From the human T2T-CHM13v2.0 reference genome, Homo sapiens, in NCBI RefSeq assembly GCF_009914755.1, contig NC_060930.1: 64,000 nucleotides of DNA. One strand, given 5' to 3'. A program made the translations under genes and the position numbers. The notes below the pieces were generated by a model. That model was given only the letters and a program-made list of their open reading frames with translations, was not told the origin of the DNA and did not search any database. Position 1 is the first letter of the stretch; the number at the start of each line of letters is the position of its first letter. Shown here piece after piece: positions 1 to 12,525 of the stretch.

Positions 1-194
1 TCTCCTGTCTCAGCTTCCCAAGTAGCTGGGATTACAGGCACGTGCCACCATGCCCGGCTAATTTTTGTATTTTTAGTAGAGATGGCGTTTCACCATATTG
101 GCCAGGCTGGTCTTGAACTCCTGACCTCAACTGATCCACCAGCCTGGGCCTCCCAAAGTGCTGGGATTACAGGCGTGAGCCACCATGCCCAGCC
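1..194 (-). mobile_element. Alu SINE (AluS-like), cut by window start
   Basis: Reverse-complement Alu motifs gtagctgggattacaggc, ttggccaggctggtcttgaactcctgacctc, cccaaagtgctgggattacaggcgtgagccacc. Confidence 0.95.
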
Positions 195-199
195 TTTCA

Positions 200-468
<269 letters not shown>

Positions 469-799
469 TAAAAATGAAAAAATTGCCCTCACAATGTCCC
501 TTAGATGGGAAATGGGGGCTAAGGTTTCAGGAGGGAGGGACAGGCTGGATTAAACAAGGAATGGCACATCCATCAGCATGACAGCCACGGCCTTGGCATG
601 GCCGTCTCCCAAGAAGCACTGGATCCATGATAAAGAGCCTGTAAACCACCCGATAAAACTCATATATCATTCCCTTGCCTCTGATAAGGGGATCTTGTTT
701 TTCCTTTCTTGCAATACAATAGAGATTCATGAATTAGCCAGAAATTCAGATACTGCTGTGTCATGGGCTGGTTGGCTTAGAGGTTGGACAGATGCCAGC

Positions 800-925
800 C
801 CCTTCCTAGCTGTGTGAGCTCAGATAAGGGAGTTAAGCTCTCGGGGCTCCAGCTTCCTCATCAGTAAAATGTAGACAGCAATATCCTGATGGATCAAATA
901 AAGATAACTTATGTAAAGCAACTGG
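800..925 (+). mobile_element. MIR SINE fragment
   Basis: MIR core-like cttcctagctgtgtga...cagcttcctcatcagtaaaatg...atgtaaagca. Confidence 0.7.
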
Positions 926-1439
926 CTGCCAGTACTCAGTCAGAAATGTTAGCCCTTTTCCACTTGAGATAAAGAGCCCAGAGGCTTTATGAGTTCCCTG
1001 GTCTTTGTTCCCACTGAAGAAACTTCCTTGGCATCAACGCTACGGCCACTCCACCGTGCACCAGTTAGTTCCCAGCCATGAGCACAGAAGCTGAGGACCT
1101 GACCCTGAGGGTCCCACTCAGGCCGTGGTAGCCCCAGTCCAGGGCACTGAGGCAATTCTAGTCTAACTGTGCTTTGTTTACTCCGTGGGGGATCTGAGCC
1201 TGGGATGAGCAGAGGGCAGGCGGAAGGGGATGCAGGAATGTCATCGTTGTATGTCACTATCATCTGCCCTTTCCAAACTTGTAGCTCCGGGTTTTAGAAT
1301 TTGGAGGCCTGGGGAACGCATTTACATGTTTCATTTGTTTGTTTTTAGTAACCATGTAATCACCCATGTGAACTAAGCTGAGGAACAGTGTCACTTCTGC
1401 TTCTACGTAGCTCACTAGAAATCCTCCAAAGAATTATAG

Positions 1440-1640
1440 CCATCATTTGTTGAGCACCTACTGTTTGCCAGCGACAGTACTAGATGCTTTATCTTCAATC
1501 TTCCCTGCAGATCTCTACCTCCCTCTTATGGATCAGGAAATGGAGGCTCTGAAATAGCATATTTAATCTGTGCCAGGTTAACAGAGCTAACAATTGGGTC
1601 AGGATTTGAACTTGGCTCTGAGGGGCCATGTGCTTTCCAG
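1440..1640 (-). mobile_element. MIR SINE fragment
   Basis: catttgttgagcacctactg...ggaaatggaggctctgaa...caggatttgaac. Confidence 0.7.
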
Positions 1641-1758
1641 TGCACCTCTCAAAGTAAGCGCCACACTGAGTTACAGAGAGCTGTGCCCATAGCATCATCA
1701 CCTACAGGGCAGGTGGCCTTTTCCTAGGAGTTGGTGCCAAGGATTCTGAGTCCTCCTG

Positions 1759-2204
1759 TGTGGCAGACTGAATGTCGACATCCCGATCCCCAGAGCCTGT
1801 GAATGTTTTCTTATAGAATGGCAAAAGAGACTTTGTAGGTGGGATGAAGTTAAGGATCATGAACTGGGAGGATTATCCTGGATTAGCCAGGTGGGTGGGA
1901 GGTAAGCACCACTCTTACAAGAAGGAAGCAGGAGATCAGAATGGGTCATAGGAGCTGTGTCCTGGAAGCAAGAGGTTGGAGGGACTTGAGAAAGGGGTCA
2001 TGAGCCAAGGTATACAGGCAGCTTCTAGAAGCTGGAAAAGGCAAGGGTATGGATTCTTTCCAGAAGCTTCCAGCAGGAACACGGCCCTGCCAGCACACTG
2101 AATTTAGACTTTCTACCTCTACAACTGTGAAGAGAATAATCTGTATTGTTTTAAGCCACTAAATTTGTGACAATTTATTACAACAGCAAGGGAAACTCAT
2201 ATAC
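1759..2204 (+). mobile_element. MaLR solo LTR, MLT1D-like
   Basis: tgtggcagactgaat start; ggattatcctggatta; ctagaagctggaaaaggcaag; tgttttaagccactaaatttgtg...gaaactcatatac end. Confidence 0.85.
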
Positions 2205-2413
2205 CTGGGGATGTTTCAAGTCAGAGGAAGGGATATTTACCTCCCAGGAGGAAGGTAGGGCTTCCTGAGTGGTGGTGATCACAGGTGTGCAGTGACCGAC
2301 ACCTTCAGAGCCACAGAGAGGCCAGATGTTGGAAACAGTGCTCAGAGAAGGGACAAGAGCACCCAGAACCTTTGCTTAGGGAGCAGGAGCAGACCCATTG
2401 TGGGTGCCCACAG

Positions 2414-2617
2414 TGGTCTCGAACTCCTGGACTCAAGTGATTGGCCCGCCTCGGCCTCCCAAAGTGCTGGGATTACAGGTGCAAGCCATGGCGCCCAGCA
2501 AGACAGATTCTTAATAAAGTAAAACAAAGCCTTACTCTAAAGCCCGGCAATTCCACTCCTAGAAATTTACCAAAGAGAAATGAAAACAAATATCTACACA
2601 AAAGATCCAAATGTGAA
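2414..2617 (+). repeat. 204-bp direct copy of 4490-4693 (Alu/L1 junction)
   Basis: Manual ungapped alignment gives 9 mismatches in 204 bp. Confidence 0.95.
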
Positions 2618-3299
2618 GCCACCCTCGAAATGAAAAGTGGTGTCCAGCTCAGGCCCCTTGTCTCTCCATCTGAGGACTCGGGCCTGCCGTGAGAAAGTGA
2701 TCTGCATCTTCACTTTTCACTTCCTCTTTCACCTCCAGGCCCTCTGGCATCTCTGGGGCAGCCTCTGCCATAACCTGGAAGGGTGGAGGCCCAGCCTTGT
2801 ATCATAAAACCCAGGGGCCGGCCCACTGGGGAGAACAGAAGGCACTGATACCACCTGGGAGGGCAGATATTTGCCTCCACCTGCTTCCACTTTAGAAGCC
2901 AATGCAAAACAGGAGAGCAGGGTGGGGAACAGGACAAATATTTGGCCAAGTACCAATTCAGTCTTAGGAATGAGCAGAAGATGGTGATGTCTTGCAGTGG
3001 GCATACCCGGAATAACACACAGCCCACGTGGCATTATCCTGGCACATTCTATTACTAACAATTTGAATGGGGGCAGGGGCAAACCTTTGCAAATGAAACA
3101 TATTTTATATGAAAATAAACACTGTCACATTTGGAACTGAAAACAAATTTTGCATTAATTTTTAAAAGAAGACATTTCCGACTATGGGCCACATCCCCAG
3201 ATACTCCCTCTATCTTCCAAAGTATGCATCTTCTTTCCCCTGTCCTTAACTGCTATTGCAGAAGGAAGTCTGAGAAGCTGTGTATAGGGGAAAGTGCAA

Positions 3300-3530
3300 A
3301 CCTGGAGCCTCTGCCGCTGGGTTTGACTCCAGGGGCTGCCAGCACGAGCTGTTTCATGTCAGTTACTGTACTATACCGTATATTATGTTATGTACAATGT
3401 CAGTTACTGCTCTGAGCCTGGGCTTCCTCATCTTCAAAATGGAAATGAGAACTATTACCTCATAGGGCTGTTCTGAGGATTAAATGAGATCAGGTATGTA
3501 CATACCTTGCACATTAGTCAGTTATTACTG
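3300..3530 (+). mobile_element. MIR SINE carrying a small internal insertion
   Basis: ctctgagcctgggcttcctcatcttcaaaatggaaatg...cctcatagggctgttctgaggattaaatgagat. Confidence 0.8.
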
Positions 3531-3570
3531 TTAACAGCATTCACAGACACCTAACTTGGGATCTGTTAAC

Positions 3571-3652
3571 GAGGCTCACTTCCTTAGCAGGGATCAGGAA
3601 AATGCTGATACAAGACCAGGTAGAACCTCCGTTTCGAGTTTATCCTTTTGAA
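3571..3652 (+). repeat. ~82-bp direct copy of 5738-5820
   Basis: gaggctcactt...tatccttttgaa at both sites; 1 substitution and 1 T indel. Confidence 0.95.
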
Positions 3653-3780
3653 ATGTTCCAAATCTTGATTGGTGGTGATTTGAGTGTACGCATTTAGCAA
3701 AGCTCATTAAAGTATACACTTACTATCTGCTTATTTCACAGTATGTAAATTTACCTGAATAAAAAATTGTTTCAAAAAAA
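3652..3780 (+). mobile_element. Old L1M 3' end
   Basis: aatgttccaaatcttgatt...gtatgtaaatttacctgaataaaaaa resembles the L1MB-ME 3' terminus with polyA signal. Confidence 0.7.
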
Positions 3781-4254
3781 GTTGCTCCTCTGTCCTTAAA
3801 CACCTATTTTGTATATTTAACCCAGAATGTGCACCCCAGTGCACAAATGCAGCGTCCAAGGAGCTCACATCGGGTGTCTAGTTTTGATTAATGGGCTTTC
3901 CTGGACTCAGAAAGGAGGTAATTTAGGATCCCAGCTGCCTGCAGGCAGAAAGAGGCTCTGTTGAGCCATCAGCACCTCACTGCCGCCTGCTCAGCCTCCC
4001 GGGCTTCTCAATAAATGGCGACTCCACTTTCCCTCAGGTCAGGGCTCAGACCAGTCAATGGCCACCACGGGGCAGCATCCCAGAACAGGAGGTAGGGAGG
4101 GACATCCAGGGGCTCAGCTGCTTTTGAAAGCTCTCTATTGACAAGGACGCCACAGACACCAGTTGATTTGACTCGTTGTTATTTTTTCTAGCACAAATCA
4201 TGAGCCAGTTACAGTAACACTGGGCATTTAAAAGGCAGGAGCTAGACAAGCACT

Positions 4255-5172
4255 TTACTACTTTGGAAAACAGATTTTGTTGTTTTGTTTTGTTCTGAGA
4301 CAGGGTCTCACTATGTTACCCAGGCTGGAGTGCAGTGGCGCAATCAAAGCTCACTTCAGCCTTAACCTCGCGGACTCAGGTGATTCTCTCACCTCAGCTT
4401 CCAGGAGCATACCACCAAGCCTGGATTAATTTTGGTGGTGGGGGAGGGAGGGGTGGCATGTAGGGACAGTTTTTCCATGTTTCCCAGACTGGTCTCGAAC
4501 TCCTGGACTCAAGTGATTGGCCCGCCTCGGCCTCCCAAAGTTCTGGAATTACAGGTGCAAGCCACGGCACCCAGCAAGACAGATTTTTAATAAAGTAAAA
4601 CAAAGGCTTACTCTAAAGCCCAGCAATTCCACTCCTAGAAATTTACCAAAGAGAAATGAAAACATATATCTACACAAAAGAACCAAATGTGAATGTTCGT
4701 TGCAGTTGTATTTATAATTGCCAAAAACTGGCAACGACTCAACATCCAACAGCAGCTGAATAGATAAAAAAATTGTGATACCTTCATAAAATAGAATACT
4801 ACTCAGCAGTAAAGATAAATGAACTACTGAGACATGCAACAATATGAAGAAATCTCAAAACCGGTATGCGGAGTGAAAAGAAGCCAGAGGCAAAAGGATG
4901 CAGACATTCTATTTATCTGCAATTGTAAAACAGGCAAAGTGAGCTATCAGGGCAGAAAGCACAGCAGTGGTTACTGGGGCTGGGACAGGGGCTGAGGCTG
5001 GGAGGGTAGAGAATGCACCAAAAAGTCAACTAAGGCAACTATCCGGAATGATTGGAAATTTCCATATCTTGAAATTGCAGTGGCATTGCACAGGTATATA
5101 CATTTACCAAAACTCACAAAGCTATACATTTAAAATAGGTACATTTTATTGCATGTAAATTACCTCAACAAA
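4255..5172 (+). mobile_element. L1MC/MD-type LINE 3' region, interrupted by an AluJ
   Basis: cagcaattccactcctagaaatttaccaaagagaaatgaaaacatat; gcatgtaaattacctcaacaaa terminus. Confidence 0.85.
4280..4575 (-). mobile_element. AluJ-like SINE with G-rich altered linker
   Basis: gagacagggtctcact...cccaggctggagtgcagtggcgcaatc; acagatttt on both sides as target-site duplication. Confidence 0.9.
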
Positions 5173-5737
5173 AGTAGCAGGGAGAAGGAGAAGGGTGATC
5201 TGATGTCTCTGAGGGGTGCTCCCTTTTGGGGAAGCCAATACATCATTTCTTTCTCCTAAGATCCTCCACGTGGTCACACAGTTACTGAGAAGCTGTTTTA
5301 ATCTATACAACTGTGGGGATTCTGATTTTTTTTTTTTAAGAGGCCTCTGGCCTCCTGATATATTGAAGAGAAAATAAAGACTTCCTGGATGGCAAAAGCT
5401 CTAAAATAGACATAGTGCAGGCCAATACACTAAGACATGCAGGACCGGGCAGGGATTCAGCCAGCACACAATGGCAGTCACATTGGGGGTGGGATAAATG
5501 TTAAAATATCTATTTATCAGTTAGTAAATAGCCACTGCCCTGAAATGCCTGAATATCTCTCTATTATCCAGGAATCCTCCCCATCTCTCCAAAGCTCAGC
5601 AACTTGAAGAGTTGGTGGTTACCACTGCGGAAGCCACCAAGATCCCACTCCAGCTCCTAGGCACCTCTGTGCTGATGGGTTAGTGCCTGGCCATACTCAA
5701 TAAAAACATATTTCAGATGTCCCATTCCTCCTGTTAT

Positions 5738-5820
5738 GAGGCTCACTTTCTTAGCAGGGATCAGGAAAATGCTGATACAAGACCAGGTAGAACCTCCGTT
5801 TCGAGTTTATCCTTTTTGAA
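5738..5820 (+). repeat. Second copy of the 82-bp duplicated segment
   Basis: Near-identical to 3571-3652. Confidence 0.95.
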
Positions 5821-6459
5821 CAATTTAATTTAGGAGTAATTCGAAGCAGATAGTGATCAAAAGAGCACACATTTCGTCAGAATGAAGTGCTGCTGATGGA
5901 AAAATACATAAAAGTGGGAGAATCTTTTTCCACTTTTAAGCTCTGCTTGGACCCTAGTCAGACTCATGTCTTACATGCAGATGAACATTTCAAAGCAAGA
6001 GGGAAGAGTCTTGGGAGACCAGAGACAACACCATATCTGGTGACTAGAGAGTAAAGATGGTGAGGGAACACAGGAGGCCCTGAATGACAAACTGTTCTGT
6101 GGGACAAGGGAGACTGGTTCTTCACCTATTAAAGAAAGAGGCACGAGAGTCCTCTCCACCATTCTTTATCACTATTAGTCATTGACTCTCAAGTACAGGG
6201 GGTGGGGACAGGAAACAATGATGTTCTGTCAATATCCTCAGCAAGGATTACTTCCCCTCAACAGGTGCCTGGAGAGCCAACAACAGCATCACATACTTGT
6301 GAAGACCATAAGTCTATGTTTCAAATTCCTTTCTATAAAGTGAGGTGCGAGAGAGCCGAGACCCATTTAAGGAGGATGTCTGACTATAGATGTTAGCCTG
6401 TGTGAGGTGACAGACTTATTGCACTGGAATAATATGAATTTAAACCCTTAAAGCACAAA

Positions 6460-6785
6460 AAGGAAAAAAGAGGAACTCTTAGAAAACGGAGGAGACTTGA
6501 AAGGTCTAATTGCCAGGCATAAGGCGTGGGCCTGTTTGGATCCCTATTCCAAAAGGCCAACCATGAGACGACATTTTATAGATAATCCAGGATATCTGAA
6601 TCTGAGCCGTGTAGCAGATGAGAGCAGGGAATCCTTGTTCATTGTCATGGGTCCAGTAGTGGAAGGGAAGGGAAGGGAAGGGAAAAAGGGAAAGGGAAGG
6701 AACCAGTCCTTATTAGTTAGAGATGCTAGCTATGGTATTTACAAATGGAATGTCATACAAGTATTTATGGATAATGGGGCACTAT
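6460..6785 (+). mobile_element. L1ME/L1MC4-type 3' UTR fragment; appears to resume at ~9240-9330
   Basis: ggagacttgaaagg...tgggcctgtttggatccc...gtccttattagttagagatgc; internal (GGGAA)n. Confidence 0.6.
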
Positions 6786-8230
6786 TTAATTTAAAATGTT
6801 GCAGAAAAATGAACAATCTGAATATGAATTAAGAAAACAAGTCCATTTACAACAGTATCAAACAGAATACTTAGAAATACATTTAAGAAGTACAAAATAT
6901 GTACTATGAAAATTAAAAAATCTATTTGAAAAAAATCAAAGAAGATCTTAATCACTGGAATGACATCCTGCGTCCATGGATCAGAAAACCTAATATTGAT
7001 AAGACAGTAATATTATCCAAATTGATCTACAGAGTCAAAACAATTGCTATCAAAATTCCAGTTGCTTTCTATGTAGAAATTCACAAGCTGGTCCTACAAT
7101 TCACATGAAAATGCTAGGATCCCAGAATAGCAAATGTTATCTTGAAAGAATATCCTCTTTAAAAGTAGTAGGAAAACTACTTTAGCACTTCATGATTTCA
7201 AAACTTACCTCAAAGCTACAGTAATCATGATGGTGTACTACTGGCATAAGGATGAACAAATAGATCAATGAGAAGAATTAATTAAGAGTTCAGAAATAAA
7301 TTTTATCTTACGATCAACAGAGTTTCAACAAAAGTGCCAAAAAATTCAATGGGAAAAGAATCGTCTTTTTAACAAGTGGTGCTAGAACAACTGGCTATCC
7401 ACATGCACAAAAATGAAGTTGGAGGCCTATCTCATGTCACATGCAAAAATTTACTCAATATGGATCAAAGCCTAAATGTAAAAGCTAAAACTATAAAACT
7501 CTCCAAAGGAAACACAGGAGTAAAACTTTGACATCTCGGGTTTAGGCAAAGCCTTCTCTAGATATAATACCAAAAGACAAGTGACTATATATAACATATA
7601 TAACTTGAACTTCATCGAAACAAAAAACTGTACTTTAAAGGACATCATCAAGATATAAAACCACCGACTGAATGGTAGAATATATTTGCCAGTCACAGAT
7701 GTGAGAAGAAAAAGGGTATCTATAACATGTAAATAACTTAACAATTCAGTAAGAAGAAGACAACTCAAATAAAAAATGAGAAAGGATCTAAATGGACATT
7801 TCTCCAAAGAGGGCATATAAATGGCCAATAAACACATGAAAAGATGCTCAACATCTTTTAGGGAAATGCAAATCTAAACCACAATAAGATGCTACTTTAT
7901 GCCCATTAGGATGACTATAATAAAAAAGACAGAAAATAACAAGTGTTGGCATGGTTGTAGAATAATTGGAACCCTCAAACATTGCTCGTAAGAATGTACA
8001 ATGGTGTAGCCACTTTGAAAAGCATCCTGGCAACTCCTCAAAAAGTTAATCATAGAGTGACCATATGACCCAGCAATTCCAATCCTAGGTATATAGCCAA
8101 AAGAAATGAAGAAAGGTACTCAAACAAATACTTGTACATAAATATTCATAGTAGCACTGTTCACCATAGCCAAAAGGTGGAAACAATCCAAATGTCCATC
8201 AACCGATGAACGAATAAACAAAAGGTGGTA

Positions 8231-8922
<692 letters not shown>

Positions 8923-10506
8923 TATAGCCATATGATGAAATATATTCAGCCATAAAAGGAATGAAGTGCTGATATATGCTGCAACATGGATGAACCTTGA
9001 AAATATTATGACATGTGAAAGAAGTCTCAGAAGAGACCACTTATTTTATGGTTTCATTTATATAAAATCTCCAGAAAAGGCAAATCTATAGAAACAGAAA
9101 AAATAGTGGTTGCCTAAGGTTGCAGTGGAAGGATGTTGGAAGAGTGATTACTAATGGATATATGGTTTATTTCTGGGGTGACGAAATGTTCTAAAATTGA
9201 TTATGGAGATGGTTGTACAACTCTGTGAATACATGGCATTTTTGGCAGGAAAAAAGTGGGAAGTTATAGATGAAATATGAATAGCAAAATGTTTGAATGT
9301 TTATATATTTTTAAAAGTTAAAAAGTAAACAACGATAGTTTGAAATCAGCCTAATTTTAAATGAAACTTGGAATACATTTCTGTGATGTCTAAAATATTG
9401 ACTATCATTTTAATGCACATAGAAAATTACTGGAAAAGACTGTGCAAAATATTCTGAGATGGGGAACCATTTAAGGGATCCCAAGGGTCCAAGTCTGATC
9501 CAGGCTCAGCCTTTTCTTGCACCAGGAAGTCACAAAGCCATGGACTCATCAAGTAGTCATTTAGTCCAGCCCCTTCTTAGAACTGAGGGAAACTGCAGCC
9601 AGCCAGGAAGACCGAGGAACTTGCCTAAGCTTCCTGCCTTTCATGAACTTCTTTTAAGGATCAAATGAGACAATGTGTATGATGAAGTTTTATAAATCCT
9701 TTGGATTAGAACTGTAGTATGTGAAACACGTGAGCCTGAACCTCAGTTCTGCTGCTTTTTTGCTACAGCCAAGGGGGTGGCTTAATTTCCTTCAGCCTCA
9801 ATAAAAATGAAGATACCACCAGCCTCAAAAGGGTGTTACAAGAACTAAATGAGGCAACACTATCCCAGCATCTCCCAGAACAGGAACTCGGTATGAGCTA
9901 ACTGTTAGCCACGTTCTTAGCAAAAGAACATGTGAACTACACAGTGGAGGCTGCATGCACACTTGGGTGCAAAATTTAAAGTAATGTCATTTCAAGATGT
10001 AAAGAGGAAATTCTCATTTACAAAACCTGGTTGGAGTTGTCTGCATGAGTAATTTTCATGGGATCGGCCATGTAAAATAGTTTGTTTTTAAAGGTTCCAA
10101 GAATAACATGCTAGAGTCCTCTGTGCCAAATTCCACCTTTGGGTCAAATTTCACCATTGCTTTATGAGGCACCCAATGTTTAAACATTTTTTAATTTAAA
10201 TGTCTCTATGTAGGGCACCTCTCTCCCCAGTGCACCACAAGCCCCACCATTCTCTGTTGTCTATCCTCAACCCCATCTCACCTTACATCAGTACCTGGTC
10301 CCTGAAGGTGATTAAGTTTCTAGACTCTATCTCAAATGCTAGGAAATCTCTTTGTTGGCTATCCAACTTTCCTCTTATAAAGGTTTGCAGAGCCTCTTCT
10401 TTTCTTTTGAAGTCTTCTCAAGCTTTAGAAGGTTTTTAAAAGTTCATTTAAATATTTTCAATAACTTAAAAAAAGTGCTACAGTATTTTAAAAGATAACA
10501 TAGACC

Positions 10507-10808
10507 AGTACTTTCCCAATAGGAGAAAAATACAAGCTGCAAATGCAAGCCACTTGCATAGTTCTACATTTTCTAATAGCTATGTTAATTAAGGGGAAAA
10601 AACAGGTGGAATTAATTTTAATAATATATTTTCCTTAACACAATATATCCAAAATTTTATTAACATGTAATCAGTATAAACATTTCTCTTTCAAATGAAG
10701 TATTTGAAACCCAGTGTATGTTTTATATTTACAGCGCATCTTAATTTGGACTGGCTCAAGTGCTGATAGCTAGCAAGTGGCTAGTGACTCTGAATGGGAC
10801 AGCACAGA
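10507..10808. mobile_element. MER33-like hAT-Charlie DNA transposon
   Basis: cagtactttcccaatagg...acaggtggaattaattttaataatatatttt...gtggctagtgactctgaatgggacagcacag. Confidence 0.8.
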
Positions 10809-12104
10809 TTGAGATGACCAGTTATAAATCATCCAATATGAGGCCTTGAAAGAAGATGTGAGGTTACATAGGAAAAGAACCTCTACATTAGAAAATACGT
10901 AAGTGGCAGATTCCAGGGTTTTGGTGGTCTTGCTGGTGACCGTGGCTATAGTAAAGTTTGAGATGGAATGAAACTTAGATCATATTATTCCAGCATACAG
11001 GAGGAGGGGAGGACATTCACAGCTTCTATTTTTGCTGCTGTTTCTCCTTCTGTCTTTCCCACTATATGTGTATTGTGGGTGGGATAGGGCAGAGTTGAAG
11101 ATAAAGTGAACAAAGAAGCCTAAAAGACGGGATTGAGACATTGCCACTCCTGAGAGATACTCGCAAGCCCCAGCCTCAACTCATCAGTGGCTTGAAGGGT
11201 TCCAGGGCCAGGAGGAGCCTGGGGACATTGGCAAGGATCTTCCTTTCACTCTTGGCCTCCCCACCCCAACTTCTGAGGCAGCATCCTCTATCTCTAAAGA
11301 ACAGGCCTCCCGCCTCTGCTATTCAGGGAATATTATGTTCTCCCAACTGTTATATTTTGGGTCCTTTTGGCAGGAGGTGGAGATGGGCAGGGGTGGAAAG
11401 AACCCACAAATGTTCTCGGAACAAGGAACCAGTAAAGTACAGACATCTGGCCCCAGGATTTTGCTGGCTCCAGGGACGTCACTATAAACCCACTAACACT
11501 AATTGCTTTCACGTCTGCTCCCATTTCTGGTGGAAATAAAATGCCTCTCTGGCTAATGGAAAATGAAACGCCGTTTGCTGTTTGTTTACCACATTACATA
11601 AGAGCTTTCTGTAGCACCCCTCCTCCCGTGGCCCCTGCCCTGAAACCCTCTGAAGGACAGCTTGTGCAAAGCCTGCAAGCGCTCTACAAGTACAAGGTAA
11701 CACGGCTTCAGAAAGGGCGCCTGTATTCACGTTAGGACTGTACAACTCCTTAATCCTAAACAGACGGGAGGGGAGGGCAGAAAGAAGAGAGCGAGAGCAC
11801 AATCGAGAGTGAGAAGAGAAGAATTCTATTTGCTTTAAATTCATGCTTCCAGGAATATTTTCCATCTCCTTACTTGATGCTAAGTGCAAAGATCTAGAGT
11901 AGCTCATCAAACCTCAACTTCTAAATTCAATTTCCCTGACAAAGAAGGGGAAATAAAGGTCCAGCTGAAACTGGGGTTTAAGAAAGTGGACTCTCATCCA
12001 TTGGGCCTTTAAAGTGTCTGACAGTAGGTGATTGGGAGGCCTTCTTTGACAGTCCTGTTCTGGTTGGCTGCCTGTGTTTATCCCCATGTTGGCATTTTGT
12101 ACAC

Positions 12105-12525
12105 AGTGTGATAGCAAGTATAAAGACCTCTGGCTGTCCTTCCTCTGCCCTTGTCAGTTCTCTCCTTCTCCAGCAGCAGAACCACTCATTTCAGCTGGAC
12201 CCATGGTTGCCAAGAATAAAAAACTCCATTTCCCAGTCTCCCTTGCCATTAAGTGTGGCCATGTGACTAAGTTCTGGCCAATGGGATGTGAATGGAAGAG
12301 CTGTGTAAACTTTCCATGGTGCACCCTCCATTTCCCTTTTCCTGTGTGACAAGCATAAGGCTATATTGGGCCATGAAGGCAAAGACAATACTCTAGGGAT
12401 GGTGGCGCCAAGACAGAGGATCCTGGATCCCAAACACTATAGAGCTGCCAGACTGCTTACAGAGCGACTGCTATGGGAGGAAGAACTTTTTATTTTGGAT
12501 CTGGGTTACTGCAGCTGAAATTGTA
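12105..12525 (+). mobile_element. Old MaLR LTR, MLT1J-like
   Basis: catttcccagtctcccttgccattaagtgtggccatgtgactaagttctggccaatgggatgtga. Confidence 0.75.

Noticed and set aside
5415-5545. Short similarity to 41040-41165 (gttagtaaatagccactg / gttggtaaacagctactg)
   Set aside because: Too short and diverged; more likely two copies of an old DNA-transposon end that I cannot name than a local duplication.
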